A stretch of DNA of 64,000 nucleotides from an uncultured Candidatus Saccharibacteria bacterium (lineage in GTDB: Bacteria; Patescibacteriota; WWE3; UBA101185; UBA10185), in the NCBI GenBank assembly GCA_964385105.1, contig CAYLMU010000002.1, forward strand, positions 122,583 to 186,582. The letters run 5' to 3'. A model generated the notes under the pieces. It ran no database searches and was not told the origin of the DNA. It was given only the letters and a program-made list of their open reading frames with translations. A program made the translations under genes and the position numbers. How positions within the stretch are numbered: position 1 is the stretch's first letter; each line of letters starts with the position of its first letter. Shown here piece by piece: positions 1 to 9,765 of the stretch.

Positions 1-278
1 CTCTGCAAGTTCTGACGTAGTGCCAAGCTCAGATATGTTTTATGAGAATGGTTGGGAGCATTCGTATGACATTGGAAATTATCGAATTAGTGGAGTGAGT
101 GCTTCAGGTGTATTGGGTGAAGAATACGCATATTTATTTCTTAATGATAATTTGATTAAAACTGCAATCGTTAAAATGCAAAAGAATTCGATAATAATTG
201 ACGGTACAAATGAACAGTTACAATATGATTGTCCTTGTTCAATCGACTTCGAAGTATTTGAAAGTGACGAAGTGGATA

Positions 279-2246
279 TTAATGACTATCTCGTACAGTA
301 ACGCCAAAATCAGAGCTTAACTTATTTAATAATTTTTCTTTAACAGTTTCTACATTATTTGTAGTAACTTGATTTCCGTCAAATTCTATTCTTACCAGAA
401 CAGCTTTTTTTGAATCCCCGAATTTATTAGTATCAGTAAATTCTTCAAGTACTGCTATGCTTGAAATCGACTTATCAAATTTTTCTATCATAGAATAAAT
501 GGGGCCAAAAGCCGTCTCACTATCTAAAATTAAAGAAACGTCTTCTGCAATTACGTTTGGAATTTGTTGTTTAATATAAGTGATTTCCTTTTTAGACGCC
601 AAAAGATTTACATTATTCAAAATAATATGGTCATTTTTGATTTTTGCAATCTCCAAGTTTTCCTGAAAAACTATTGCTTCCGATTTATCACTTAATTCAT
701 ATTTAACATTTACGATTCCCAAATTTTTAAGCAACCCCGAAAGCAACCCTCTCAAGTATTTATTATTATCCTCAAAGGACTTTTCTATATGTGTGTAAAT
801 AATTACTGTTTCACGCGTCTCGCTGTAATCTGCTATATCACTGCCATCTCCGGCTAGTTTATATGTTTTTCCTATTTCAAAAAGCCCTGCTTCTTTTTTT
901 CTATGCTTTTTGTAAATATCTACTACAGGTTTTAAAGTTTCATACATAGAAATTCTAAGTGCGTTTTTTTCTGATGATAAAGCGTTTTGCAGCATTACAA
1001 GTTCCCGTTCGTTGTCGTTGTAAGCAACGAGAGGGTCAGTAATGTGTTCGTGTAAGCCGATTTTTACCAACTCATCCCGTAATTTTTCTTCAAAGCGCAC
1101 AATTTTGGGAGTTATTTCTTTTGGAGGGGCTGAGTTAATTGGTCTTTGGGGTATTTTGTTATACCCGTGAATTCTTAAAATATCCGCTGCCAAATCATCT
1201 TCAACTTCAATATCAGTTCTAAAATAAGGCACTTTTAATTTCAAAGAGTTTTCGTGTGTGTTTTCTTCAATAGTTGTGTATTCAAGAGCTATAAGTATTT
1301 CTTTAACCTTTTCTATTCCAAATTCCATGCCGCTTATTTGCTTAATTCTATCAAGTCGAAGTGTCATTTCTTTTAAGCCCCACTCTTCAGGATACCAATC
1401 TTCATTTTCGTAATATTCACCGCCGGCCAGCTCTAAAATTAAATGTGTTGCCCGTTCAATGGCTACTTGTGTTAAATGAGGGTGCAAAAATTTATCGTAT
1501 CTTAGAACCGTCTCATTTTGGATTTTTAATCTGCGTGACGTTCTTCGTACATTTGTTTGATTATAATTACCGGCATCCAAAACAATATTTACCGTTTTTT
1601 CGTCTACTGCAGTTTCTTTGCCTCCTACAACGCCACCAATTACGCTTGGTTTACCGGCTTGTGTGAGTACAAAAGTGTTTTCATCAAGTTTTACCGTTTC
1701 GCCAAGTAAAGTTACAATTTCTTCTCCATGCCTTGCTCGCCTAATGACAATTTCTTTTGCTTCCATTTTATCAGTGTCTTGAGCGTGCATAGGTTGGCCG
1801 TATTCAATCATTACATAATTTGTAATATCAACAATGTTGTTTTTTGACGCAATTCCATACGCTTCTAAACGCTTTTTCAGCCATTCAGGAGATTCACCTA
1901 CTTTTACACCTTTAAAAACTCGTGTATTAAAACGGTTTACCAGGTCTTCACACTGAACTTCTATTTTGATTTTGGATTCTTCTGTCGGTTTATGGCCTTT
2001 TTGTGTGTGACGTGGAGGGTAGTTGATTTCAAGCTGCTCAAACGCTGCCAGGTCTCTTGCACATCCAAGAATAGACAACCAATCAGACCTATCCATTCTG
2101 TGTTCTAAATCAAGAATTGCTTCCTGCTCATCATTCTTTGTGACCTTTTCAAGCATTAATCCAAGCAAAGTAAAAGATTCACCAATTTCACGCGGTGTTT
2201 TTTGTATGTTTACATATTCATTTAGCCATTCTAATGGTATTTTCAT
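279..2246 (-). CDS. pheT: phenylalanine--tRNA ligase beta subunit
   Basis: 655-aa ORF with B5-like middle region and C-terminal FDX-ACB-like domain; immediately downstream of pheS in the conserved operon order. Confidence 0.85.
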   Translation of the reverse strand: MKIPLEWLNEYVNIQKTPREIGESFTLLGLMLEKVTKNDEQEAILDLEHRMDRSDWLSILGCARDLAAFEQLEINYPPRHTQKGHKPTEESKIKIEVQCEDLVNRFNTRVFKGVKVGESPEWLKKRLEAYGIASKNNIVDITNYVMIEYGQPMHAQDTDKMEAKEIVIRRARHGEEIVTLLGETVKLDENTFVLTQAGKPSVIGGVVGGKETAVDEKTVNIVLDAGNYNQTNVRRTSRRLKIQNETVLRYDKFLHPHLTQVAIERATHLILELAGGEYYENEDWYPEEWGLKEMTLRLDRIKQISGMEFGIEKVKEILIALEYTTIEENTHENSLKLKVPYFRTDIEVEDDLAADILRIHGYNKIPQRPINSAPPKEITPKIVRFEEKLRDELVKIGLHEHITDPLVAYNDNERELVMLQNALSSEKNALRISMYETLKPVVDIYKKHRKKEAGLFEIGKTYKLAGDGSDIADYSETRETVIIYTHIEKSFEDNNKYLRGLLSGLLKNLGIVNVKYELSDKSEAIVFQENLEIAKIKNDHIILNNVNLLASKKEITYIKQQIPNVIAEDVSLILDSETAFGPIYSMIEKFDKSISSIAVLEEFTDTNKFGDSKKAVLVRIEFDGNQVTTNNVETVKEKLLNKLSSDFGVTVRDSH

Positions 2247-2249
2247 ATT

Positions 2250-3254
2250 TTATTCGTAAACTATTCCCCCACCATATAATTTTCTAATATCATCAATATT
2301 ATATTTTTGCATTACTAGCCTGTCTAAGCCAATTCCGAACGCATAACCGGTATAAACATCAGGGTCGATTCCACTCATTTGCAATGTGTTGTAGTGAATC
2401 ATGCCACTACCCAAAACCTCAATCCACCCTCTTTCTTTACAAACCGAACAACCTGTACCATTACAAAATTTGCATTTCATATCAACTCCTAAGCCCGGCG
2501 AAACTTCAGGGTAATACTTGTATCTAAATCTCACTTCTGTATCGTTGCCATATAAAAATTTGTGAAAGTCCTCCAAAACAGACATTAAATTTTGAATTGT
2601 AATGCCTTTATCTACTACGACCCCCTGATATTGATGAAAAAAAGCGGCATTTGTAACACTTGTGGTTTCGTTTCTATAAACCTTACCTGAAACAACAACT
2701 CTTATAGGAGGTGAATATTCTTCAAGTACACGTGCCTCAACAGAAGAAGTATGTGTTCTTAATAAAATATCGTCACTGTACACAAAAAGAGAGTCTTGCA
2801 AGTCGGTTGCGGGGTGGCCCTCGGGTAAATTTAAACGTCTAAAATTGTATTCTGCTGTTTCTATCTCAGGACCTTCTGCAATTGAAAATCCATGATACCT
2901 AAAAAACTCATTCATTTCTCTTATTACTTGCGTTGTAGGATGCAAATAGCCGGTTTTAACAGGTTGTTGTGGGATTGTCGGGTCAATTTGTATGTTTGTA
3001 GCTAAATGCAGGTTATATGCGGTTTTAGTGTCTTCCAAGGCATCTTTTAGTTCATCCTGCAGCTCATTAATTAATGGACCATATATCTTTTTCTCCTCAG
3101 TTGTTAGTTTTGGAATTTCCTTAACAATTTCGGTTACAAGCCCATGTGTTTTTGAAAAATATTTTAAATACAGCTCGTCAAACTGTCCGGTTTTAGTTGT
3201 ATTTTGCAAATCTTTTTCAAATCTGTTTTTAATATCTTTTAGTACTTCGTCCAT
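2250..3254 (-). CDS. pheS: phenylalanine--tRNA ligase alpha subunit
   Basis: 334 aa; class II aaRS core motifs (FRYHGF...EGPE, HPATDLQDS), 4-nt gap to pheT. Confidence 0.85.
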   Translation of the reverse strand: MDEVLKDIKNRFEKDLQNTTKTGQFDELYLKYFSKTHGLVTEIVKEIPKLTTEEKKIYGPLINELQDELKDALEDTKTAYNLHLATNIQIDPTIPQQPVKTGYLHPTTQVIREMNEFFRYHGFSIAEGPEIETAEYNFRRLNLPEGHPATDLQDSLFVYSDDILLRTHTSSVEARVLEEYSPPIRVVVSGKVYRNETTSVTNAAFFHQYQGVVVDKGITIQNLMSVLEDFHKFLYGNDTEVRFRYKYYPEVSPGLGVDMKCKFCNGTGCSVCKERGWIEVLGSGMIHYNTLQMSGIDPDVYTGYAFGIGLDRLVMQKYNIDDIRKLYGGGIVYE

Positions 3255-3367
3255 TATCCTTTAGTTTAACAGGAAATTAGTTAAATTTTAATAATTTGGT
3301 ATATGATATGGTAAAGTAGCTGTTTATTAAACTCTTTTAATGAAGGGTATATTGTGTTTTTCTACTT

Positions 3368-3730
3368 TTATTTTTTGGATGATTTCTCTTTTACAGCCTC
3401 GACAATCTGTTTAAAGGCTTCAGTGTCATGAATTGCAATTTCTGACAACATTTTTCTATTTAGCTCTATATTTGAATCTTTCAATCCTTTAATAAATCGG
3501 CTGTAATTTATATCAAATGGAGTTAATGCTGCAGAAATTCTAATAATCCAAAGTTTTCTAATATCTCTTTTTCTTCTTTTCCTACCTGCAAATTGATGCT
3601 CGGTAGCTCTCATTGCAGCTTCTTTAGCTCTTCTAAGCAGTTTGCTTCTGCTTAATCTATAGCCTTTTGTTTGTGTTAATATTTTATTTCTTCTTTGTGT
3701 GCCTCTTGGGCCTCTTTTTACTCTTGTCAT
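3368..3730 (-). CDS. rplT: 50S ribosomal protein L20
   Basis: 120 aa, N-terminus MTRVKRG...RRNKIL..TKGYR typical of L20; position in infC-rpmI-rplT operon. Confidence 0.9.
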   Translation of the reverse strand: MTRVKRGPRGTQRRNKILTQTKGYRLSRSKLLRRAKEAAMRATEHQFAGRKRRKRDIRKLWIIRISAALTPFDINYSRFIKGLKDSNIELNRKMLSEIAIHDTEAFKQIVEAVKEKSSKK

Positions 3731-3731
3731 T

Positions 3732-3938
3732 TTATTTTACATTTTTGGCATGTTTGCCAAGCATTTTCTTAAACTGTTTAATATAACCTTTTGTGTCCAT
3801 TTCTTCAAGACCGGTTTTTCTATGAAACTTATTAGCATTCCATTTTCTTTTCAGATGCCCGGTTCGATTTTGTTTTTTTAAAACTTTACCGCTTTTAGTT
3901 ATTTTTATTCTTTTTAATAATGTTTTTCTTGTTTTCAT
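3732..3938 (-). CDS. rpmI: 50S ribosomal protein L35
   Basis: 68-aa highly basic protein (MKTRKTLLKRIKITKSGKV...), between infC and rplT. Confidence 0.85.
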   Translation of the reverse strand: MKTRKTLLKRIKITKSGKVLKKQNRTGHLKRKWNANKFHRKTGLEEMDTKGYIKQFKKMLGKHAKNVK

Positions 3939-3939
3939 A

Positions 3940-4475
3940 TTATTTTTTTGTAAGCAAAACCGTTAGACTACTACCTACCCTTTTTACTCCGCCTTCGCTT
4001 TTTGCTATATCTTCAAGTTCTTTTATAAATTTATTTACCTTTTCAATGCTCAATTCCGGATAAGCGTTCTCACGCCCTTTCATACGAAGTGTGATTTTTA
4101 CACTGTTTCCATCTTCAATAAATTCTCTTGCCCGTTCTGCTTTGATTTTAATTGCATTTTCATCTATTGAAGCACTTAATCTAACCTCTTTCATTTCGCT
4201 GCTTTTTGATGCTGCTTTTGAATGTGCTTTTTTCTTTTCCTGCTCGTACAAAAACTTATTAAAATCTAAGATTTTTGCAACAGGCGGGTTTGCGCTCTCT
4301 GTTATTACCACTAAGTCAAGTTCTTTATCATATGCTCTTTGTAAAGCTTCATTAGTCTTTATTATTCCTACGTTTTCACCCTCATCCGTAATTAACCGTA
4401 CCTCGGGATATCTTATCTTTTCGTTTATTTTGTAATATTTATTTGCTATACATTCCTCCGTTAACCATGTTAAGT
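3940..4475 (-). CDS. infC: translation initiation factor IF-3; start is non-ATG (candidate ATT at 4475 or ATA at 4439)
   Basis: ORF-track ORF 3940-4311 begins at GTG; manual in-frame extension upstream reads ...KINEKIRYPEVRLITDEGENVGIIKTNEALQRAYDKELDLVVIT, the IF3 N-domain, with no ATG before the in-frame TGA at 4488-4490; IF3 classically uses AUU. Confidence 0.7.
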
Positions 4476-4512
4476 TACCATAAATACAGGCTTTTGGTCA
4501 ATATTATGCTGG

Positions 4513-6309
4513 TTATAGCTCAAGTGATTTCCCTGTTATTTTATCTTTAACTCGATTTATTATCTCGTCAATCGGCAATGCACCTAAATTTTCACCTGTT
4601 CTTAGTCTCACACTTGCAGTGTTATTTTCTACTTCCCTATCGCCCACAATGAGCATATAAGGGATTTTTTGTTCTTGTGCTTCACGGATTTTTGATTGCA
4701 TGGTTGAATCTTTGTCATTCACTTCAGTACGTATACCGCTACTTTCAAATGTACTTTTTAACCTATATACATAATCCACGTGATTTTCAGAAATTGGAAT
4801 TAGTTTTACTTGCACAGGTGAAAGCCATACGGGCAATGCTCCTTTTGTACTTTCAAGCAAATAAGCAATAAATCTATGATATGAGCCCAATATTGCACGG
4901 TGAATCATAACAGGAGTTTTTTCATGACCGTCTTGTGCAATATATGTTAATCCAAATCTTTTTGGCATGGCAAAATCAATTTGAACCGTTCCAAGTTGTC
5001 TGTCGTTTCCAAGTGCATCTTTAAACATAATATCTATTTTTGGACCATAGAGGGCTGCTTCACCTTCCATAACTTTACCCCCCAAACCAAGCGTGTCGTT
5101 AACCTCAAGCAGTATTTTTTGTGCATTTTCCCAGTCGCTATCATTTCCTATATACTTTTCAGGTGTGTCTGGGTCTCTAAATGACAACGAAACCCAGTGT
5201 TCACCCCACATGCCAAAAACCTTATAAAAATTTTCCATGACTTTTATTAGTTTTATAGCTTCATCCTTTACTTGTTCGGGAGTGCAAAATGTATGGCCAT
5301 CATCTATTTCAAATGATCTTGCTCTGTTTAAACCAACCATAGATCCCGGTTTTTCGTCACGATGTTGCTGTGTGGATTCAACATAAGCAATCGGCAAGTC
5401 GCGGTAACTTCTTTGTCTTGATGAGTAAATTTGTGTGTGATGCGGGCAATTTACAGGTTTTAACACAAATTCTTCGTCATAATGACTAATTACCTTAAAT
5501 AACTCATCTTTGAACTTTTCTGCGTGCCCCGAAATTTCGTAAAGATTAATTTTTGCCATGTGAGGTATATCAACTTCTTTTGCCCCAAATTCCTTGCTCA
5601 CTCCCAGCAAATAATTTCTAAGCTCATTCTTTATAATTGTCCCGTTTGGTGTGTACAGTACTAGCCCTTTACCTACAAGTTCAGAAGTCGTAAAAATGTC
5701 TAAAGTATTATTTAGCTTTCTATGATCACGTTCAGCTTGTTCTTCAATAAATTTTAGATATTGAGCAAGATTTTCTTTCGAATCAAAAGCAGTCCCATAA
5801 ATTCTTTGCAGCATCTTGTTTTTTTCGTCGCCTTTGTAATACGCCCCTGCTACGCTAAGCAATTTAAAAGCTTTTATTTCACCGGTGCTGTTAACATGTG
5901 GACCCGCACATAAGTCAAGATCGTAATATTCGTCACCTTCATTTCCAATGCTATATAAAGTAATTTTCTCATTTCTGGATTCAATTTCATTTATAGTGTC
6001 GAGTTTGTAAGGATTGTTTTTAAAAATTTCTCTTGCTTCATCAAAAGTGATTTCATAACATGCTATAGGTAAGTCAGCATCTATAATTTCCTGCATTTTA
6101 GCCTCTATTTTTGCAAAATCTTCCGGGCTAATACTTTCATCTAAATCAAAATCAAAATAAAAGCCATTTTCAATAGGCGGTCCCATAACTTTTTTCAAAT
6201 TCGGATATAATTTCTGCATCGCGGTATGAAGCACATGTTCAGCGCTATGTCTTAAGGGCATTAATGGATCATTTTTAAGTTTGTCTATAACTTTTTGTTT
6301 TTCTGACAT
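4513..6309 (-). CDS. thrS: threonine--tRNA ligase (598 aa, N-terminal TGS-type domain apparently absent)
   Basis: RHSAEHVLHTAMQKLYP start of second additional domain; class II core HRDEKPGSMVGLNRARSFEIDDGHTFC; anticodon-binding C-terminus; upstream of infC. Confidence 0.85.
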   Translation of the reverse strand: MSEKQKVIDKLKNDPLMPLRHSAEHVLHTAMQKLYPNLKKVMGPPIENGFYFDFDLDESISPEDFAKIEAKMQEIIDADLPIACYEITFDEAREIFKNNPYKLDTINEIESRNEKITLYSIGNEGDEYYDLDLCAGPHVNSTGEIKAFKLLSVAGAYYKGDEKNKMLQRIYGTAFDSKENLAQYLKFIEEQAERDHRKLNNTLDIFTTSELVGKGLVLYTPNGTIIKNELRNYLLGVSKEFGAKEVDIPHMAKINLYEISGHAEKFKDELFKVISHYDEEFVLKPVNCPHHTQIYSSRQRSYRDLPIAYVESTQQHRDEKPGSMVGLNRARSFEIDDGHTFCTPEQVKDEAIKLIKVMENFYKVFGMWGEHWVSLSFRDPDTPEKYIGNDSDWENAQKILLEVNDTLGLGGKVMEGEAALYGPKIDIMFKDALGNDRQLGTVQIDFAMPKRFGLTYIAQDGHEKTPVMIHRAILGSYHRFIAYLLESTKGALPVWLSPVQVKLIPISENHVDYVYRLKSTFESSGIRTEVNDKDSTMQSKIREAQEQKIPYMLIVGDREVENNTASVRLRTGENLGALPIDEIINRVKDKITGKSLEL

Positions 6310-6375
6310 GGTTTTGTCCTTTCTTTAATATTGTAACTGATTTTAACCTGTAATTAAACGAAAAGTCATTATTCT

Positions 6376-6822
6376 TTAAACTTTTGTGAGCTTGAATGTT
6401 AAAAGGGCTTTTCTTGCTTCGTCCGTTAAATTTTGCTCCAGCGCTTCTTCGGGTGCTATCCACTTATATTCACTATGTTCTTCGCTCAATTTTACATTGT
6501 GGCTTATAGGTGTTGCTTTATAAGTGATAGAAACTAACGGAAGTCCTTTATATTTGCCATCTCCAATCAAAAAACTCTCAACATATGTTACCGTATCGGA
6601 AACCTTGACTAAAATACCGGTTTCTTCAAGCACCTCACGTTCAAGAGCGTTGTTTATATCTTGCCCTAGATCTAGTTTACCACCGGGGAATTCCCATTTG
6701 TTTGCCTGCCATGAATCTGTTTCTGATCTTTTGATAATTAAGATATCACCATCATTATTTATAATTGCTGTCCGGTTTATTAACACAACTCGTGGTCTGG
6801 ATTTTATATAACTTTTTGCCAT
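6376..6822 (-). CDS. NUDIX hydrolase
   Basis: Nudix box GGKLDLGQDINNALEREVLEETGI. Confidence 0.75.
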   Translation of the reverse strand: MAKSYIKSRPRVVLINRTAIINNDGDILIIKRSETDSWQANKWEFPGGKLDLGQDINNALEREVLEETGILVKVSDTVTYVESFLIGDGKYKGLPLVSITYKATPISHNVKLSEEHSEYKWIAPEEALEQNLTDEARKALLTFKLTKV

Positions 6823-6851
6823 GCGGTTATTCTAACACTATAATCGAGCAA

Positions 6852-7595
6852 ATGATTCTTAATATTTACAAACCAAAAAACTGGACAAGCTTTGATGTTG
6901 TTGCCAAAACCCGGGGTATAATTAGAGAATTTGAAAGTAAAAAAGTAAAAGTAGGCCATGCCGGAACATTAGACCCGCTTGCTACAGGAGTTCTTATAGT
7001 GTTAACTCACAACGATACCAAAAAACAAAGCGAGTTTATGAAAATGGCAAAAGAATATAAAGCAAAAATTGCATTAGGTGCATATTCGGATACATATGAT
7101 TTAGAAGGTAAATTGCATTTCTCAGACTTAGAATTTAATTTACCGCAACTGGAAACCCGCATTCATCAAATTTTACCCGATTTTATTGGTGAAATAGAAC
7201 AAACAGTACCTTTTTACTCTGCTGTTAAAGTTGGAGGTAAAGCATTATACAAAAAGGCAAGGTCAGGAGAAATTTTAGAAAATGAACTTCCCGTCAAAAG
7301 AATTAATATTTATAGTATTGAAATATTAAATTTTGAGTATGAACAATTCTCACAATTTAATGTTAAACTTCCTGTTCTAACTTGCAAAATCAATTGTAGC
7401 AGCGGAACATACATAAGATCGATTGCAAACGATTTGGGGGTCGCTTTAGGAACAAAAGCAGTTCTTACAGACTTAGAAAGAACCAAAGTCGGTGAGTTTT
7501 CTATAAATAATGCAATAAATATAAATGACTTAAAGACTAAAATTTCAGAACTTCACGCTCAACAACTTCCTTCTCAATTTGAAAAAAGCCGGTAG
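6852..7595 (+). CDS. truB: tRNA pseudouridine(55) synthase
   Basis: MILNIYKPKNWTSFDVV...KVGHAGTLDPLATGVLIV catalytic-Asp motif; ATG at 6852 chosen over the longer track ORF that overlaps the NUDIX gene. Confidence 0.8.
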   Translation: MILNIYKPKNWTSFDVVAKTRGIIREFESKKVKVGHAGTLDPLATGVLIVLTHNDTKKQSEFMKMAKEYKAKIALGAYSDTYDLEGKLHFSDLEFNLPQLETRIHQILPDFIGEIEQTVPFYSAVKVGGKALYKKARSGEILENELPVKRINIYSIEILNFEYEQFSQFNVKLPVLTCKINCSSGTYIRSIANDLGVALGTKAVLTDLERTKVGEFSINNAININDLKTKISELHAQQLPSQFEKSR

Positions 7596-8373
7596 ATTTG
7601 GCTAATTTAAACAAAAAGCCCACTGTAGAAGAAAAAATCACCAAAACCAAAAAATTCAGAAATTGTATGAATCCTAAGGCTACAAGGGCTAATAAGGGTA
7701 AAACATAATCTCTGTAGGTAAATACATATTTGTTAACTTCTGTTTCAATCAATTCTTCTACATTTATTAAATTAGAAAAACCATATTGATTTAGAGGCTG
7801 AAACGTGGGGCTTTGCATTATAAAATTCTCAACCTGTTCACCAACTTCTGACGCGATTAAGTTACCAATATCTATATTCTTATTTGAAGGCTCCATTAGT
7901 ATTAAAGCACCGCCTACAAGAGCAAAAATAAATAATAACCCGCGTGTTGATACCCTTAAAATAATTCGGGGATTAAACGAAATGAGCTGACTTTTTAAAC
8001 TTGAGGCAAAATATATGTCATATGTTATTAAAGTTAACCCGATTATTGTCAGTGCAAATGCATACGTTGGGTTAATTTGCACAACTCTAACAAAAATGCC
8101 TAAACATACCGGAATAGATACAACTATATACTGTTCCCACTTATTCCATATACCAATTGTAAGCGCATAGGTGTATGCAAGAAGTAAAAGTCCAATAGCA
8201 AGCAGAATAACCATATTTGTTGGAGGAGAAAAATAATCTCTTAGTTGTGCATATGCGGCCATTAACGAGGTAAGCAGGTATGACTCAATAAATAATAAAA
8301 GTGCCAGAAATACAGTTTTAATGATGGGAACTATATCTTTTTTTTGAGGAAGGTTTTCTGGCATTACATTCAA
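7537..8373 (-). CDS. hypothetical polytopic membrane protein
   Basis: 278-aa ORF with multiple hydrophobic segments. Confidence 0.5.
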   Translation of the reverse strand: MNVMPENLPQKKDIVPIIKTVFLALLLFIESYLLTSLMAAYAQLRDYFSPPTNMVILLAIGLLLLAYTYALTIGIWNKWEQYIVVSIPVCLGIFVRVVQINPTYAFALTIIGLTLITYDIYFASSLKSQLISFNPRIILRVSTRGLLFIFALVGGALILMEPSNKNIDIGNLIASEVGEQVENFIMQSPTFQPLNQYGFSNLINVEELIETEVNKYVFTYRDYVLPLLALVALGFIQFLNFLVLVIFSSTVGFLFKLAKSTGFFQIEKEVVEREVLKF

Positions 8374-8390
8374 TTATGCTCAATAAATGA

Positions 8391-8951
8391 TTAGAGGGCA
8401 AGTAAAATTACAACCGCAATCGTTAATAAGCTTAGTTCAATAATTAATATAGGGCTTGGACGCAGGTAAATATCGCGAATCCAGTTTTCGTTGCCGTACT
8501 TTTTTATTGTTTCTTTAAGTTCTCTCGGATTCCATGTTGAGAAAAGCTTTTTATGTGTAAACTTTCCTTCTGGTGTTGTGAAAAGTTTAATTCGCTTGTG
8601 TGATAAAGGCCAGAACAACTTCATTCCCCAGCCTGTATTAAAGGGCATTATGTCATGCAGTAAATGTGCCGTTATGTTAAGTGTAAACGCTGTACCTATA
8701 ATTTTACCGAAAATTAAGTATACAGCTATAGCTATAGGGATGTATATGGCCGGGTAATGAGTATACTCACCGTGAAATCCCTGAATCTTACCACCTATTC
8801 TTCCCCGTTGAAAAAGTTCAATAGGTGTGTCAAAATCAGGCAAAAGACCAAAAATAATATTTAAAATTATAAATGCGGGAGTTAACGGTACATCAAAGTG
8901 TGATGAAACAAAATATGATATTAAAACACTCATTCCTATATCCCAGAACAT
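8391..8951 (-). CDS. membrane-bound metal-dependent hydrolase-like protein (YdjM/DUF457-like)
   Basis: hydrophobic 186-aa ORF with HLLHD motif. Confidence 0.4.
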   Translation of the reverse strand: MFWDIGMSVLISYFVSSHFDVPLTPAFIILNIIFGLLPDFDTPIELFQRGRIGGKIQGFHGEYTHYPAIYIPIAIAVYLIFGKIIGTAFTLNITAHLLHDIMPFNTGWGMKLFWPLSHKRIKLFTTPEGKFTHKKLFSTWNPRELKETIKKYGNENWIRDIYLRPSPILIIELSLLTIAVVILLAL

Positions 8952-8986
8952 AAGAACATTTTCTCTTATTAAAGTATTTCAGACAA

Positions 8987-9697
8987 GTGATATACATTTT
9001 TTATATGAGCAAACCCTTTACTAAAGACTTTTATTGGGGTGCAAGTACTTCTGCACACCAGGTTGAAGGCAATAATTACAATAGCTGGACAGTTTGGGAA
9101 GAAAGTAAAGAAAATATTGAAAATTCGGGAATTGCATGCGACCACTATAATCGTTTTGAAGAGGATTTTGATTTGGCTAAGAAGTTAAATCACAATGCGC
9201 ACAGATTTTCTATTGAATGGTCAAGAATCGAGCCTGAAGAAGGAATATTTAATAAAAATGAGCTTGAGCATTATAAAAATGTAATTCTTGCTTTGAGAAC
9301 ACGTGTTAATTGGATGTTTGGTAGAAATAAAAATGAAAAGGTGTCAGATTTAGGTTGGGAGTTTTATCCGCAGGGTATTTATAATGTTCTTAAAGATCTT
9401 TACGAAAAATATAAAAAAACGCTATATGTAACTGAAAGTGGTTTGGCTGATGCAAAAGACATACATAGAGTATGGTATATAGAAGAAACGGTGAAGGCTA
9501 TGCACCTTGTACTAGACGAAGGTGTTGATTTAAAGGGATATATGCACTGGTCATTAATTGACAACTTTGAGTGGGCGCATGGATTTTGGCCTCGTTTTGG
9601 CCTTATTGAAATTGACCGAAATAATAATTTACAAAGAAAAGTACGAAAAAGTGCATTAAGATATTCTGAGATTATTAATAATAATGGAGAGCTTTAA
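8987..9697 (+). CDS. glycoside hydrolase family 1-like protein with central in-frame deletion (likely non-catalytic)
   Basis: N-terminal GH1 signature FTKDFYWGASTSAHQVEG and C-terminal YVTESG...HWSLIDNFEWAHGF...RFGLIEID, but only 236 aa; region bearing the NEP acid/base residue is missing. Confidence 0.65.
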   Translation: MIYIFYMSKPFTKDFYWGASTSAHQVEGNNYNSWTVWEESKENIENSGIACDHYNRFEEDFDLAKKLNHNAHRFSIEWSRIEPEEGIFNKNELEHYKNVILALRTRVNWMFGRNKNEKVSDLGWEFYPQGIYNVLKDLYEKYKKTLYVTESGLADAKDIHRVWYIEETVKAMHLVLDEGVDLKGYMHWSLIDNFEWAHGFWPRFGLIEIDRNNNLQRKVRKSALRYSEIINNNGEL

Positions 9698-9765
9698 TTT
9701 TTTTTGAGTGCATACCTTTATAAATCTTGTTTTTTTGCTATTATTTAGGTGTTTTAAAGGGTTCA

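Noticed and set aside
1361-1666. + strand ORFs within pheT/pheS (1361-1666, 2023-2259, 2992-3264) and similar antisense ORFs throughout (e.g. 4091-4435, 4677-4871, 4981-5184, 6524-6811, 7805-7990, 8491-8757)
   Set aside because: Shadow ORFs on the antisense strand of well-supported genes; low-complexity translations
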